Below, in pieces: positions 1 through 12,018 of a stretch of DNA of 64,000 bases. Position numbers and translations under genes: made by a program. The stretch is taken from NCBI RefSeq assembly GCF_018977255.1, contig NW_024704742.1, forward strand, positions 66,652,001 through 66,716,000, given 5' to 3'. Under the pieces are notes generated by a model. The model made no database searches. It was not told where the DNA came from and saw only the letters and a list, made by a program, of their open reading frames with translations. This DNA comes from Callorhinchus milii. Taxonomy: Eukaryota. Numbering within the stretch: the stretch's first letter is position 1; every line of letters starts with the position of its first letter.

Positions 1-40
1 GTTAGAGATAAATATAATATAGTTATATTTATATAGTTAT

Positions 41-190
41 ATTCATTCAATTCACGACTGTTTATGGGACGCTGCTGTGCACCCCCAAGATATAGTCAAT
101 TTACTTGACAGTATACTATGTGAAATGCTTTGAGACATTTCAAAGATGTGATAAGGCGTTATATCAAATGCAAGGATTATTTTATTTATT
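41..190 (+). mobile_element. 3' tail fragment of tRNA/CORE-like SINE (family A), L2-type tail
   Basis: GACTGTTTATGGGACGCTGCTGTG...TGTGAAATGCTTTGAGAC...GATAAGGCGTTATATCAAATGCAAGGATTATTT, matching the tail of the full copies at 40243 and 41746. Confidence 0.85.
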
Positions 191-192
191 AT

Positions 193-515
193 ATAATAAT
201 CCTTGCATTTGATAGGGCGGCTTTCATGTTTGGGAGGACATCATAGGATTTACTGTAAAGTGGTAAACGATAAGTGACTGTGTGGTTTGTTGGGGAAGGC
301 AGCAGCTAATTTACACACGGAAATGTCCCACAAACAGCCATGAAGCAAATGGGCGAGTTATATTTGGGGGATTGTGAACCAGGACACCGGGACAGGTTCC
401 CTTTTCTTTTTGAATAGTAAATAGATTGTGAGATCTTTAACATCCACTTGAACAATCAAAGACAGGATTACAGTTTAACATTTCATTCACAGGATGACAT
501 CTCTGACAGTGCTGG
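193..515 (-). mobile_element. DeuSINE (family B), 5'-truncated
   Basis: Reverse-strand tail (AATCCTTGCATTTGATA) followed by Deu-domain sequence CCAGGACACCGGGA...GATCTTTAACATCCAC...TTTAACATTTCATTC. Confidence 0.85.
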
Positions 516-1111
516 GCACCTGAATAATACAGTACACAAGTGCAGTTTACTTGCTGCATGGGTGTTTAGCAAGTATTTGCTTTAATTACAGAGACACAGA
601 AGGGATGCCTTATATTTAATTTCATGGTTAGGTTTGGGTTAATGAGGAAATGCCTCGGGTAATAGACACAGCCTGGCCTGACCGGGATCGGTTGCTCTTT
701 CCCAGTTCCATGGGAGTGAACATTCCTTTGAATCTTAGACGGTCTTTAAAATTAATTCCCAAACACTCCACTCGGCTGCCAGCCATTAAGTGATAATTCA
801 CACATGTTTTAGCATTTTTATTTTTCACTTGTGTGAGCTATTACTCCACTGGGCAGCAAAAATATGGTTCACTCCCACAGCGTAATTACATTTCATTCTT
901 CGTGCCGCTGACATTATTATTTTCGCAGTTTTCCTGCATTGTGAAAATAAAATCCACGGTGCCACACATTTGTGAAGGTGGGGTTTCAGCTTAGTACCTG
1001 AGTCACACACTGTGCCCCAGTGATATTCAATATGAAACCCAAACTCCACAACACTCACACAGGAGGAGGACACGGAGGGGATGGGGAAATGGAGGTGAAA
1101 GATCGGGCTTG

Positions 1112-1540
1112 ATAATAACAATACTACTACTAATCCTTGCATTTGGAATCCTTGCATTACCATGTTGAAAGGACGTTTCAAAGTGTTTCACAGGATTTAC
1201 TGTGAAATTAACTGACTGTGTGTTTGTAGGCGAATGTGGCAGCCCAATTGCGCACAGCAATATCCCAGCCATGAAGTGAGTGATCAATTTTATTTGGGGA
1301 ATTGTTGGCCAGGACACCAGGAGCAACTCCATTCTCTTTTCAAATAGCGTCATGAAATCTTTAACTTCCACCTGAACAGGTAGATGGGCCCTCAGTTTAA
1401 TGTCTCATTTGAAAGACGGCACCTCCAACAATGAAACACACACTCAGCATTGCATTGGAGTGTCATCTTAGACTATGTGATTCCAAGTCCTGATGTGGGG
1501 CTTGAAACTTCTGACTCAGAGGCAAGAGTGCTGCCACTCA
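1112..1540 (-). mobile_element. DeuSINE (family B), near full length
   Basis: Tail, Deu domain (TTGGCCAGGACACCAGGAG...TCTTTAACTTCCACCTGAACAGG...GTTTAATGTCTCATTTGAAAGACGGCACCTCC) and tRNA-like head (GGGGCTTGAA...TTCTGACTCAGAGGCAAGAGTGCT). Confidence 0.9.
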
Positions 1541-1542
1541 TG

Positions 1543-1634
1543 GCAACACTCAGCAGGTCAGGCAGCATCTATGGAGAGAGAAAAATGAGTTAACGTTTCA
1601 GGTCGATGACCTTTCATCAGAGTTTCATCAGAGA
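1543..1634 (-). mobile_element. Penelope-like element terminal fragment carrying a minimal hammerhead ribozyme core (relic)
   Basis: Minus strand reads CTGATGA-A-AGGTC-ATC-GACCT-GAAA-CGTT-AACTC...TCTCTCTCCATAGATGCTGCCTGACCTGCTGAG; core boxes and helix II are directly visible; PLE assignment from recalled shark Penelope ends. Confidence 0.7.
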
Positions 1635-1699
1635 TAAATGTGATTGTTGGTAAATCGGATTGAGAAAGTAGGCCATACTGCAGTGCTTCTGAGACAGCA

Positions 1700-1915
1700 A
1701 AGTAAGAGGGCGTAGGTTTAGGGCAATCTCAGAACAGACATCAGGAAGTCATACTTTACCTAGGTTGCAATTACCCAGATTGGAATGGGTTGTTGGGAAG
1801 GGTGAAGAAATTCAGAACAATTAGTCTGTTTTAAGAAACAGCTTGATGTTGTGACAGGAGGAGGGTAGGGTGGGTACTTCCTAATCCAAACCTCTCTTGT
1901 GATCTTGTGATCTTA
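1700..1915 (+). mobile_element. CR1 LINE 3' end, degraded
   Basis: Decayed ORF2 C-terminus (AGAACAGACATCAGGAAG...TGGAATGGGTTG) and terminal octamer repeat CTTGTGATCTTGTGATCTT. Confidence 0.7.
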
Positions 1916-2349
1916 CACCAAACAACAGAAAATTGGCTATTTGTCTCACTGCTGTCTGTGAGATCTTACTGACCCAAATCAACCTTTGTCTACAATGCTA
2001 CATATTGCATATATTTCCACATTACTCCCTGTACGAGATACATGGCTTTGAGAAGATTCCATGTGATGAGGTGCTTTTGTTTAGCGATAAATATTTAAAT
2101 ATAATGATATGAATTACAAACCACTTGGAAATAATTAAGCAGCAAAGAACTCAACAAAATTGTCGTCCGTGTTGAAGATGGAAATGACTTCCTTACTGTT
2201 TTGACCAAAATCTTTCACTTTTTAGAATTATTTATTAATAATAGTATCTAAACAGCTGAAAGCAAGTCACTAGTAATTGCTGTCAAGTGCAGGGACTGGG
2301 TAACTGGAGGCAAATGAGGCAGTCAGTTTGTACATGGGTTATTATTACT

Positions 2350-2670
2350 GATAATAATAAAAATAATAATAACAATAATCCTAGCAATTGATATAGCGGT
2401 TATTCATGTCGGAAGGACATCTCAAAGCGCTTCACAATATTTACTGTGAAATGGAGTGACTGTGTGTAATTGTAGGCAAATGTTGCAGCACAATTGAGCA
2501 CAGCAAAGTCCTACAAAACAGCCATGAAACGGATAACCAATTTTTATTTGGGGAATTATTGGCCAGGACAATACCCTTCTCTTTTTGAATAGAGCCATGG
2601 GATCTTTAATGTCCATCTGAACAGGCAGACGGGATCTTGGTTTAAAGTTTCATGTGAAAGATGGCACCTA
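2350..2670 (-). mobile_element. DeuSINE (family B), 5'-truncated
   Basis: (TAA)n tail, TCTCAAAGCGCTTCACA stem-loop, Deu motif GCCATGGGATCTTTAATGTCCATCTGAACAGGCAGACGGG. Confidence 0.85.
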
Positions 2671-2699
2671 ATACCCATCGAAATTTCCCACTTTTTATT

Positions 2700-2855
2700 T
2701 ACATGGATTGTTACAGCACTGAAACAGGTCATTTGGTCCAACTAGTCCATTCCAGTATTTATACTCTACACAAGCCCCACCATTCCTCCTAATCCCCTCT
2801 CCCTTCTCCCTCTATTCTCTTCTCCCTCACATCCCTCTATTCCTTTCTCCCTCAG
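2700..2855 (-). mobile_element. CR1-type 3' UTR fragment
   Basis: TACAGCACTGAAACAGGTCATTTGGTCCAACTAGTCC...TTATACTCTACACAAGCCC; same tail at about 4600-4700(+), 4943-5020(-), 13362-13480(-), 22410-22530(+), 63695-63755(-). Confidence 0.7.
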
Positions 2856-3375
2856 GAAGGATATACTGGCTCTGGAGGGGGTGCCGCGCAGATTCACCAG
2901 AATGATACCAGGGCTTAAAAGGTTAAATTACGAGGTCCCGTTGCATAAACGTGATCTCTATTCCCTTGTGTTTAGAAGGTTGAAGGGTGATCTGATTGAT
3001 TGAGGTTTTTAAAATAATAAAGGGATTCGATAGGGTAGATACAGAGAAACTACTTCCTCTGTTGGGGGAATCCAGAACAAGGGGCATCATCTTAAAATTA
3101 GAGGTTGGCCAATTAGCAGTGAAATCAGGAAGAACTTGTTCACACAAAGGGGAGTGAAAATCTGGAACTCTCTCCCCCAAAAGGCTGTGGATGCTGGATC
3201 CATTCACATTTTCAAGACTGAGGTGGAAAGATATTTGTTAGGTCAGGCTATCGGGGATATGGGACAAGGGTGGGTAATTGCGCTTTACTATAATTGGATG
3301 TTACCGATCAGCCATGAACTTATAGAATGGTGGAACAGGCTCGAAGGGCTGAATGGCCTACTCCTTTTTCGATAT
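2856..3375 (+). mobile_element. CR1 LINE 3' fragment (ORF2 C-terminus + 3' UTR), frameshifted
   Basis: Translates as KDILALEGVPRRFTRMIPGLK...RRLKGDLI...FKIIKGFDRVD...SRTRG...FTQRGVKIWNSLPQKAVDAGSIHIFKTEVERYL; 3' UTR GAAGGGCTGAATGGCCTACTCCT. Confidence 0.93.
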
Positions 3376-3729
3376 TTGGTGTGTTCCATTTTGTTTCAAA
3401 AGAGAAGGGAATTTCTCGCAGTTTCCTGGCCAACAATCCACCCCTGCCCTCCCAACAAAATCACCCATTCACTTCAAACAATCTATGTAAATAGATTTAC
3501 TGTGAGATGGAGTGACTGTGCAAACAGAGGATCAAAATTGCACACAGCAATGTCCCACAAACAGTGATGAAACAACTGACCAATTTTTATTGGCCGTTTG
3601 TAGGACATTACTGCACGTGAATTGCCTGCTGCATTTGCCTATAAAAACATTCTTTGCAGCAAACCCTGTGAAGCGCTTTGAGATGTTCTCCTGAGGTGAA
3701 AGACACTGTGTCAGATGCAACAATAGCAA

Positions 3730-4520
3730 ATCTGCTGTTGATTATAAACGGCTGTGTTTTTTTTAAAAATGCCTTCAGGTGATTTGCTAAAGGAGGGAGG
3801 CTGGAGGGAAACTCTTGAGGTCTGGCACTGAACGTGTTAAGGGCTTGTGTACGCTTGACCAAGTGTGCCGGCAAGTGACACCTGACTCAGAACTTCTGAA
3901 GTAGTTCACTTATTAGAAGCCGAAGAGACCCTCTCACCCCTCAGACTGCACGCTACGGTTGCTGCTTGCTCTTTGATAACTTGCAGTCGCTGATAAAGTC
4001 CACTGGTAATGGCTTTTGCTAATGAGAAAAGTGTCGCTGATTATGACAAATAGCCATGGACCAACAGGGTAAGCTGGTACACCGGCTCTGAATTGTCAGT
4101 CTGTGCGATTTTTGCATTTCATTATTTCCTCTGGAGGCGAGCCTTTATGCGTAGCAAGGGTTGGGAGTAATATGTCACAATCATGATAATAAAGAATTCT
4201 GTTATCATGATGATTTCTTTCATACCCCAGTGGTGGGGATGGGGGTGGGGTAGAAGGAGAGGGGAGCAGGATGATGGGGAAACCATTGCGAGAAGAAAAT
4301 AAAACTCGTTTGAGATATTTTAACTTGCTCACAATTTAAAATTCCTGATTTTTTGACCCCACACAACTTTTCCCACCCAAAATAAATGGGGAGTGCTGGC
4401 TGCAAAAAAATTGTTCCTCTTTCCTCTCCGACTAACTTCAGGAAATGTATGAGGCAAATAATAAAGTATAGAGTTGTCAGACATCCGCTGCCACATTGAT
4501 ACTCAATCTTTAAACACATG
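3730..4520. promoter_or_regulatory. Repeat-free block, candidate conserved non-coding element
   Basis: No repeat homology; GATA (TGATAAC, TGATAAAG), TGACA and AP-1 (TGACTCA) motifs, G-run tract at 4232-4280. Confidence 0.3.
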
Positions 4521-5099
4521 GTGAAGACCTGAGAGGGATTTGGGGATTGATGCTTGATGTGTGCGTTGAGGGAGAAGGGATAGAGAGCGGTGTAGGAGAG
4601 GGGAATAGGAGTGTGGACTGGGAAGGGCTCGTGTGCAGGGTAAACCCCACACTGACTAGTTGGGCTGAATGACTTATTTCTGCGCTACGTTGCTGTATGT
4701 TCACCTCTAAAACACAGAGTCACTCCACTTTGCAGGATAATCTGTGAAGCGCTTTGGGTCGTCCTCCTGACACAAAAGGTGCTATGCCAAATGCAAGGAT
4801 TATTATTATTGTTATGTAACTCTATGTAGATGCATGTCACTGTTTCATTTCCCTTAGCTGCTGTTTTGCATATAACATCGGTCGCCTACAACATTCCCAG
4901 TCACTGCACTTTACAGTATATCCTGTGAAGCGCTTTTAGAATATACAGCACAGAAACAGGCCATTAAGCCCCACTGGTCTATGCCGGTGTTTATGCTCCA
5001 CATGAGGCTCCTCCTGCCCTTGCTCAACTAAGCCTTCAAGCTTTGAGACGTCCTCTCAATGTGAAAGGTACTATATCAGACGTAAAGATTATTCCTGTT

Positions 5100-6310
5100 T
5101 CAGAGAAATTTGTTTTACAAAGTGCGCTTTGATTTGAATGTTGGATTGTTTGAGAGTCAGCAAGTTTACTCCGCTTTATGGCTAAGAGGTAAGGTACAGC
5201 ACTAGCAGCGGCAAAAGGTAAAATCGATGATGGAATCCACACACAAGATGCGAAACCTATTGTTCTCAGTTGATCTTCAATAAAAAGCGATAAAATCTGA
5301 GACATGAATGGGGAACAACAAAAAAATGGAGATTTATCTTATCCGATTTCAAAATATCTTCTCCGGCTGTAAAGTAACCATCGTATTGAAGTGGTACCGT
5401 GGGTGGGGAGGTGTGAGTGGGAGGGGAGGGGGAGTCACATTTTTGGGTGTAATATATTTTGATATTTTTGACCTAAAAAGGGGGTTAAAAAGGGCAATGC
5501 TTATTAAACCTAAAGGGAGAGAGAAAAAAACTCATAATGGGATTCTTGACGTGGAACAATCATTCGAATGCTTACTTATCTAAGTATGTCTGAAATGCAA
5601 TCCATTACAGCTAATTACCATGAGGATTTTATGTTGTAAATATCCCAGATTTCCTGGGTGCAAACATCGGGAGGCAAATAATAAATGTCATTTATTGTCC
5701 TTTTTCAGGACCCTGGGAGCAGACCACTAGAACATTACACTTTTCCCTCTATCATCCCAAAACAGAAGCTAAACAATATTCGCCAATCATTTTTGATAGA
5801 TGAAGCATGGAAATTAGTTCCAGAGTTTAACTGATAACTGAAACCACAGTTACATTACATTATGGCAGGCTTAATTGATGATCTCATTAAACCCATTATT
5901 AGAGAAATTGATTTCAAATAGGCACTTAAAACTTGCTGGCAAAAGGCGGAAGAGACTGAACAGAGCAGTTCAAGGGAGAAAAAAAAAGTAACTAAAAACA
6001 TAATGAAGCAAGTAATTTTATGGTTTATTAAATGGAAGCATCAACAATTTATTCTGTTCTGTAGAAACTGCTTAAACTCCCGATATATATGCTTTTAATA
6101 GACCTTTTTAAAATCCGATAAACACTTGTCCCTCCTTTTCTTTTCCTCCCCAAAAATCCTGTGTCTTTAATGCAGCTGTACTGCTAATTAATTAATTAAC
6201 CTTACCTAAAATGATCAGTTAGTCGCTGACATGCAATCGACAGCTAAAAAGGTTCACAGCGCAGAGCCCTCCTTGCACCAGGAAAAGTGTGCACTAGATA
6301 TGCACTTCGT
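5100..6310. promoter_or_regulatory. Repeat-free AT-rich block, candidate enhancer/CNE cluster
   Basis: 1.2 kb without SINE/LINE insertion; CTAATTA, TTAATTGATGA, TTTTATGG, CTAATTAATTAATTAA homeodomain-type motifs. Confidence 0.45.
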
Positions 6311-6414
6311 TAAAAATAATAATAATCCTCCCGTCAAGAGCGTGATTCAAAGCGCTTCACAATATACGATAAAAAGTGGCTGTGTGTTTCATGAGCGAAC
6401 GCTGGTAGAATAAA

Positions 6415-6816
6415 TAATAATAATACTTAATAATAATTCTTGCATTTGATATAGCGCTTTATCACATCGTTGAGATGTCTCAAAGTGCTTCGCAGAATAT
6501 ACTATGAAGTGAATTGACTGTATATTTTGTGGGCAAAATGTGGCAGCCAATTGCACACAGCAGTGTCCCACAAGCAGTCATGGATTCAGTGACCAAATTA
6601 TTATTATCATTTATTTATTTTGTTGAAAGGATTCTTACCCCCTGGAAAAGCGATCTGCCAGTCGATTAACAACCAGGTTACTATAAGGTAATAAAGGTGT
6701 GTGGAATCAGGGAACTTTCCTAAGGTTTTGCCCTGAATCGAACCCAAGTCCTCTCGCTTCCGAGGCGAGTGCTTTAACCACTACCCTTCAGGATTCCACA
6801 GTTACATCACAGTGAC
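6415..6816 (-). mobile_element. tRNA/CORE-like SINE (family A), full length
   Basis: Head revcomp GTGGAATCCTGAAGGGTAGTGGTTAAAGCACTCGCCTCGGAAGCGAGAGGACTTGGGTTCGATTC; tail (TAA)n; TAAA duplicated at 6411-6414 and 6817-6820. Confidence 0.9.
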
Positions 6817-8099
6817 TAAAGCACAATTTGAGATGTACCTCACTCTTATTCTCCGTCTCTCTCTCTCTCTCGCTCTGGGTGCCAAAGAGGAACACTGCAT
6901 CATCTCCCTCATCCGGACATGAGCAAAATGTATCTGAAGATAACTTGATTGTTTCTCTTAGTTTGGCTGTACTTTGGAGCCACTGTTACGTCAGTGTTGA
7001 ATTCTTTGTGTTGATTTTCAATTTCTGTTTTTGTTTTCGAATTTGACATAACTGTATCAGAATGTTAACCCTTTGTATATGCTGTGCTCTTGCATGAATC
7101 AGAGAGTACATGTACCCACAGATGCACATTCACTACACTTTATAGTACTATATCCTGTGAAGCGCTTTGAGACATTGAGTATCAAGTTAAGAGTTGTTAT
7201 TATCAGACACCTTATACAAAATATGTTCTGCAAAGTTTCTATCACTGCAAACAATAAGGTAAAGCTGGAGAAATGGAGGCAGTTTGATATGGAGGCACCT
7301 TTCACAACAACTTTAACAACAATTTGCATTTATATAGCGCCCTTCACCCGGGGTAGTGTCCCGGAGTCTGACTCCGAGCCAGGAGAAAAGGGAGAGGAGC
7401 ATGACACCAGGAGCATTACTCAAAGCACTTCGTAGGATACAATGTAAAGTGGGGTGACTGTTTTGTGGGCGAACGCTGGTAGAATAAAGCACAATTTGAG
7501 GTTTATCTTTCTTTTAATTCTCTTGTCTCTCACTCACTCTCTCTTTCTCTCTCTGTGGATCCCAAAGGACATTGGCATAGACTGGTTGTTAATTCACAGC
7601 ATACAACAAATAACTACAAACAGATCATTTTTTTACTCTCACTGTAATTCTTGACAGGTTAAGAGGTGTACGTATAGGCGTGACCTGCTTAAGGATCATG
7701 TGGCTAGCAATAGATTACTGACATTGATTACTGATAATAGACTGAAAGTGCTTTGAGATGTTGCTTTGTGTGAACAATGCTACACCAGTTATTGTTGATG
7801 AAGGCATTCTATGATTGGCAATATTCGTCAATGCTGCAACTGTGCAACTTGCGATACATATCGATCATGCGATTCAGGGCAGATTCCCAGTTTGGTGATC
7901 AAGGAAATATAGCGAGGAACAAGTAAAAGGCGATTTAGATCATCAAGTCCTCTCCTTCCACACTCCATGTACAATCCATTTTATATCTCAGCTTGAGGCT
8001 AAATTCTGAACTTCAAAGGTTATTAAGCAAAATCTCCAGAGCCAACTCCCACCTGCACCGTTTAACAACGTGCTTCCCACTACAGGCAACGTCAGTGTT

Positions 8100-8528
8100 G
8101 TTAGCCTGGCTCAGTTGCAACAAATCGGCTCTGAGTCAGAAGGTTGCAGGTTCAAGTCCCAGGTTAGTCAGTCTAGGCTAACACACCAATAAAGCATTGG
8201 GGTATTGCAACATTATTTGAGGTGCCACCATTCAGATGCAATGTTAGACTGAAGTCCCATCTGCCTGTTCAAGTGGACCAAAAAAAATCCCAAGACATAT
8301 TAGAAAATAAGAAGGGAGTTTCCTCTGGTATCAGAACAATCCCTCAGAGAAATTGGTCATTCACTTCATGGCTGTTTGTGGGACATTACTGAGTGAAAAT
8401 TGAATGACATGTTTGCCTACAAAGTATAGAATCACTACACTTCATAGTAAAATCCTGTGAAGTGCTTTGAGACATCTTGATGACGTAATAAGGTGCTGTA
8501 TCAATTGTAAGGAATGTTATGATTATAT
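8100..8528 (+). mobile_element. DeuSINE (family B), full length, diverged
   Basis: Head TTAGCCTGGCTCAGTTG...CTGAGTCAGAAGGTTGCAGGTTCAAGTCCC, Deu domain, tail GTGAAGTGCTTTGAGAC...AAGGTGCTGTATC. Confidence 0.88.
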
Positions 8529-8861
8529 TGCCTTCCTACATCTCAGTCATAACACTCCAAAATAACGTTGAGCGAAGCACTTTGAGGTTTTTTGAAACAA
8601 GAACTTTTTTTTATTACTGTGTGCAACTTGGCTGCTGCATTCGACTACAAAATACACTCCATGATAGATACTGAGACATTTCAATGATGTGATAAGGAGC
8701 TATATCAAATACGAGGATTATTACTCAGTGACTGTTGATATGCCCTCATTTTCCTATTAAACCTCATGTTGAAATCAGCCTGAAAAATACAGTCACATAC
8801 CCATTTGACAGAAAAATTGTGTGAAGCTCATTGAAGTGTTTTGATGATATTGAAGCACTAT

Positions 8862-9176
8862 GTGGAGTCCTGTAGCTCAGTGGTTAGAGTACTTGCTTTG
8901 CATGTGAGAGACCTGGGTTCAATTCCCAGCAGGGTGAAACCTTGGGCAAGTTTCCTTACTCCACACGCCTGGTAATAATCCCTCAAGAAAAAGAAACAAT
9001 AATAAATTGCTCACTTCAAACCACAGCTGTTTGTGGGACACTGCTGTGTGCAATTCGCTGCCGCATTTCGCCCACAAAAGAAAACAGTTAATTCATTTTA
9101 CAGTATATTCTGTGAAGTGCTTTGAGATGTCTAGAAGACGTGAAAATCAAGTGCAAGGATTATTATCATTATTATT
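8862..9176 (+). mobile_element. tRNA/CORE-like SINE (family A), internally deleted subfamily
   Basis: GTGGAGTCCTGTAGCTCAGTGGTTAGAG (A box)...GGGTTCAATTCCC (B box)...CCTTGGGCAAGTTTCCTTACTCCACACGCCT joined directly to GGTAATAATCCC. Confidence 0.93.
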
Positions 9177-9219
9177 GTTTCAGAAGTCATTATTATTATT
9201 ATTGAGATTTTACTATTAA

Positions 9220-10120
9220 ACTGCAGGTTGTTAAAGTCTCTGAAGCACAACATTTTTATTTCATTTTCTTTTTTGCTTCCAAAGAGAAAGAAAAAGTGTC
9301 AAATTTTCTCCGAGCAATGAGATCCCAGCTGCTCTGTCGCATTTAATACAGGGCCTTTAATACAGAAGCTCTGTTGCCAGGTAACTCACAACTGAAATAG
9401 TTAATCGGCTCCTCTTTTCAAGCCCATCTCCAACAATGGACGTGTTACCTTTTGGAATAAACACTAGGAAGGTTTTCCAAATTGCTACGATTTAAAAAAG
9501 GAGAAATCAGAAACTCTTAAAATCCAGTTCGCAATGATTTCCCCCAAACAAGTGATTTGTATCTTAAGGATGTACAAAACAAGGACATAGAATTTTATTC
9601 AGCCCTTAGTTTGGCTACGGACAGTATCTGGTTCTATCTGTTGTATGGAAAAAAATGGTTTTCTAACATTTAAGATGCTTTTTAATCCTACACCTTTCAC
9701 GGAAAGCCTTTTTCTTCCAGATATACTGTACGTATCAGGATATTTTGTAATTTAAAATCAATTCTACCAAAACGAGTGTTTTTTTTCCCGTTGGTGTACA
9801 AATGTTCTCCTCATTGTCCTCTGAGCCAGGATTATATGTTTAGTGGGAAGTGGATATTCGCTCCACACAAAGCTCAAAGCAGCAGTGCTGGCTCTTATCT
9901 ACCAGAAGAGAGTCCAATATTATTGAAACTGCTAAAACCCTACTTAATTGAATTCCCTCCCCCTCTCTCCCCCATGTCTGAGGTTAGTGGCTTTTGATAC
10001 TAAATGTATGTTTAGATTCTCTGGCATATAAATTTTAAGTCAGAGGACTTTTACAGCCATTCTAAGTATGGGTTTTTCTAAGGCTGTGAGTTAAAGCTCT
10101 TACTCTTTCGCCCTCAGTAA
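9220..10120. promoter_or_regulatory. Repeat-free block with RFX X-box-like motif, candidate CNE
   Basis: GTTGCCAGGTAAC at about 9374-9386, tandem TTTAATACAG, CAGCTG E-box; no repeat homology seen. Confidence 0.35.
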
Positions 10121-10235
10121 CCCAGCCCAACAACAACTTGCATTTATAAAGTACCTTTCGCATTGAAAAAAAATCAACTCAAAGCACTTCATAAAATGGG
10201 TGCACAGTCACTCTACATTGTCCAGTAAAAAAATA

Positions 10236-10312
10236 TTTTTTTTGGTCACCTGGGTGTCTGACACATGAGGAAACCCATCACCATGCTTAAGAGTATCCAA
10301 ACCAAACTGAAA
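10236..10312 (-). mobile_element. Unclassified repeat family C, 3' end
   Basis: TTTTTTTTGGTCACCTGGGTGTCTGACACATGAGGAAACCCATCACCATGCTTAAGAGTATCCAAACCAAACTGA, shared with six other loci. Confidence 0.8.
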
Positions 10313-12018
10313 ACATTTGCAGTAAATCCTGGGAAACACTTTGTGACATTTCTACAATGCAATATAAGGCTTTATACAAAGCGCAAGGATTATTATAACT
10401 ATTTATTGGAAACAAAGCAAGTACAGATATGGATGCTAATGTGGCACCTAATTTGTCCCAAGGGCCACAAAAACAACAATAACAACTTGCTTTTACATAG
10501 CATACTTTACGTGGAAGTAGCATCTCGAAGCGCTTAAACATACACTACAAATAACATCACTTAAGACATTCCTCTTTGATCTTTGCTTTCGGCTACCTTC
10601 CCAACCCCCTACTCTCTTGATTCTAACCCCCTGCTTAGGTGCAACCCCTTAACTATCCAACGCCTTGGAATGTCCTTCCAAAGTGAATACGCCAGTTTGT
10701 TGTTGATGTTATTACATTTATACAGTTCCTTTCACATTGTGAGGATGTCTCAAAGTGCTTGACATTGCTGGCTAGTGGCCTGAGGCCAGCAAAAAAAGTG
10801 GACATGAAAAAAAATCCCAGAAACAGCAGAAAAATGAGCAGCAATGTAACTGAGGTGTTTTGGGTGGTGGGGGTAGGGGTCGAAGTTGGATGTGACCCTA
10901 ATCAGATCCAGGAACAGAGGGTTCTGCTTGAAAGTTGTACAACAAGATCACAAAAGTGATTGTGATAGAAAAGGCCCTTTGGCCCATTTGATATCATTTT
11001 TCCAGATTACCCTCCATACCTTCTTCCCGTCAAGCTGTTTCTTAACTGATCATTCCCTTTCCATGCAGTCCAGTCCACCAGCAGCTGAACACTAATCTGG
11101 AAGTGGTCTGCCTTGGGACGTCCTCCCGACGTGAAAGGCGCTATGCAAATGTAATTTTGTTGTTTTTGTTGTTGTGGTTGTTGTTGCCTTGTATTTCCAC
11201 GGTCTTTCCTGTCAGTCCGTCTCTACTGGCCCCTAGCGCCCTTCACGTAGGAATGCTTAACAGTGGCCAAGCTGGATGCTAAGCCCGGGAGAGAGAGGGG
11301 AGGTGACTGTAGACACGGTCAAATAAAAAGGCCTCCATTTTTATGCTTACAATAGGCTAACCTAGGCACAGTGCACGTGAGCAATAACCGGTGGAACCAC
11401 TTAGTGGAATATCATCCCAAACCAGCTGATGTGACCGAGGATGTTTTCCCAGGTAACCTTGAAAGTGAACGGAAAAGAGGAAGAGGCTCGTACTGTCACA
11501 GCTCCCCGCCACACTGTTTGTGGGAGTACTTAGCACTGTACATCAGTGCACTGGGGGGCATGTCCAGTCCTCCATCAGTGTCAACATCACACAGTCAGCG
11601 GGTCCCCTTAAGGCAAAATTGATTTTGGAGCCTCGGCTCCCAATACATCATTTCATCTTAAGAAAGAGGCAGGGAATGCGAGGCAAGGGTATGATGTGAT
11701 ACAGAGCAAGCCGGGAAATGTAAATTACACTACATGCCCTGAGTGTGTTCTGCCTGTAGCTCTCAGTGATTCACAGGCTGTATGTACTTTACCTGCTGCT
11801 GCACTTTTGATACAGTACCTTTCACGTCTCAAAGCATTTTACACAATTGTACTGTACACTGTAGTGACTGTGTATTTTGTAGACGAACACGGCCACAAAT
11901 TTGCACGCAGCCATGAAGGGGATTGACCAATTTTATTCAGATCATTGTTAACTAGGACACCGGGAGAGACTCCCTTCTCTTTTTGAGTAGTGACAGGGGA
12001 TCTTTAACGTGAAGCAGA

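Noticed and set aside
5700..5835. Acceptor-like TTTTTCAG followed by a 41-codon frame (DPGSRPLEHYTF...)
   Set aside because: No recognisable protein similarity, ends in a stop, no partner exon identified
8862..8940. tRNA-Ala-like genes (also at 29005, 35062, 38399, 40243, 42050, 43478)
   Set aside because: Each continues into the same SINE body and tail, carries scattered stem mismatches and lacks a T-run terminator; they are SINE heads
11350..11620. Possible LF-SINE-like ancient element
   Set aside because: Only vague resemblance to the recalled consensus; no diagnostic block found
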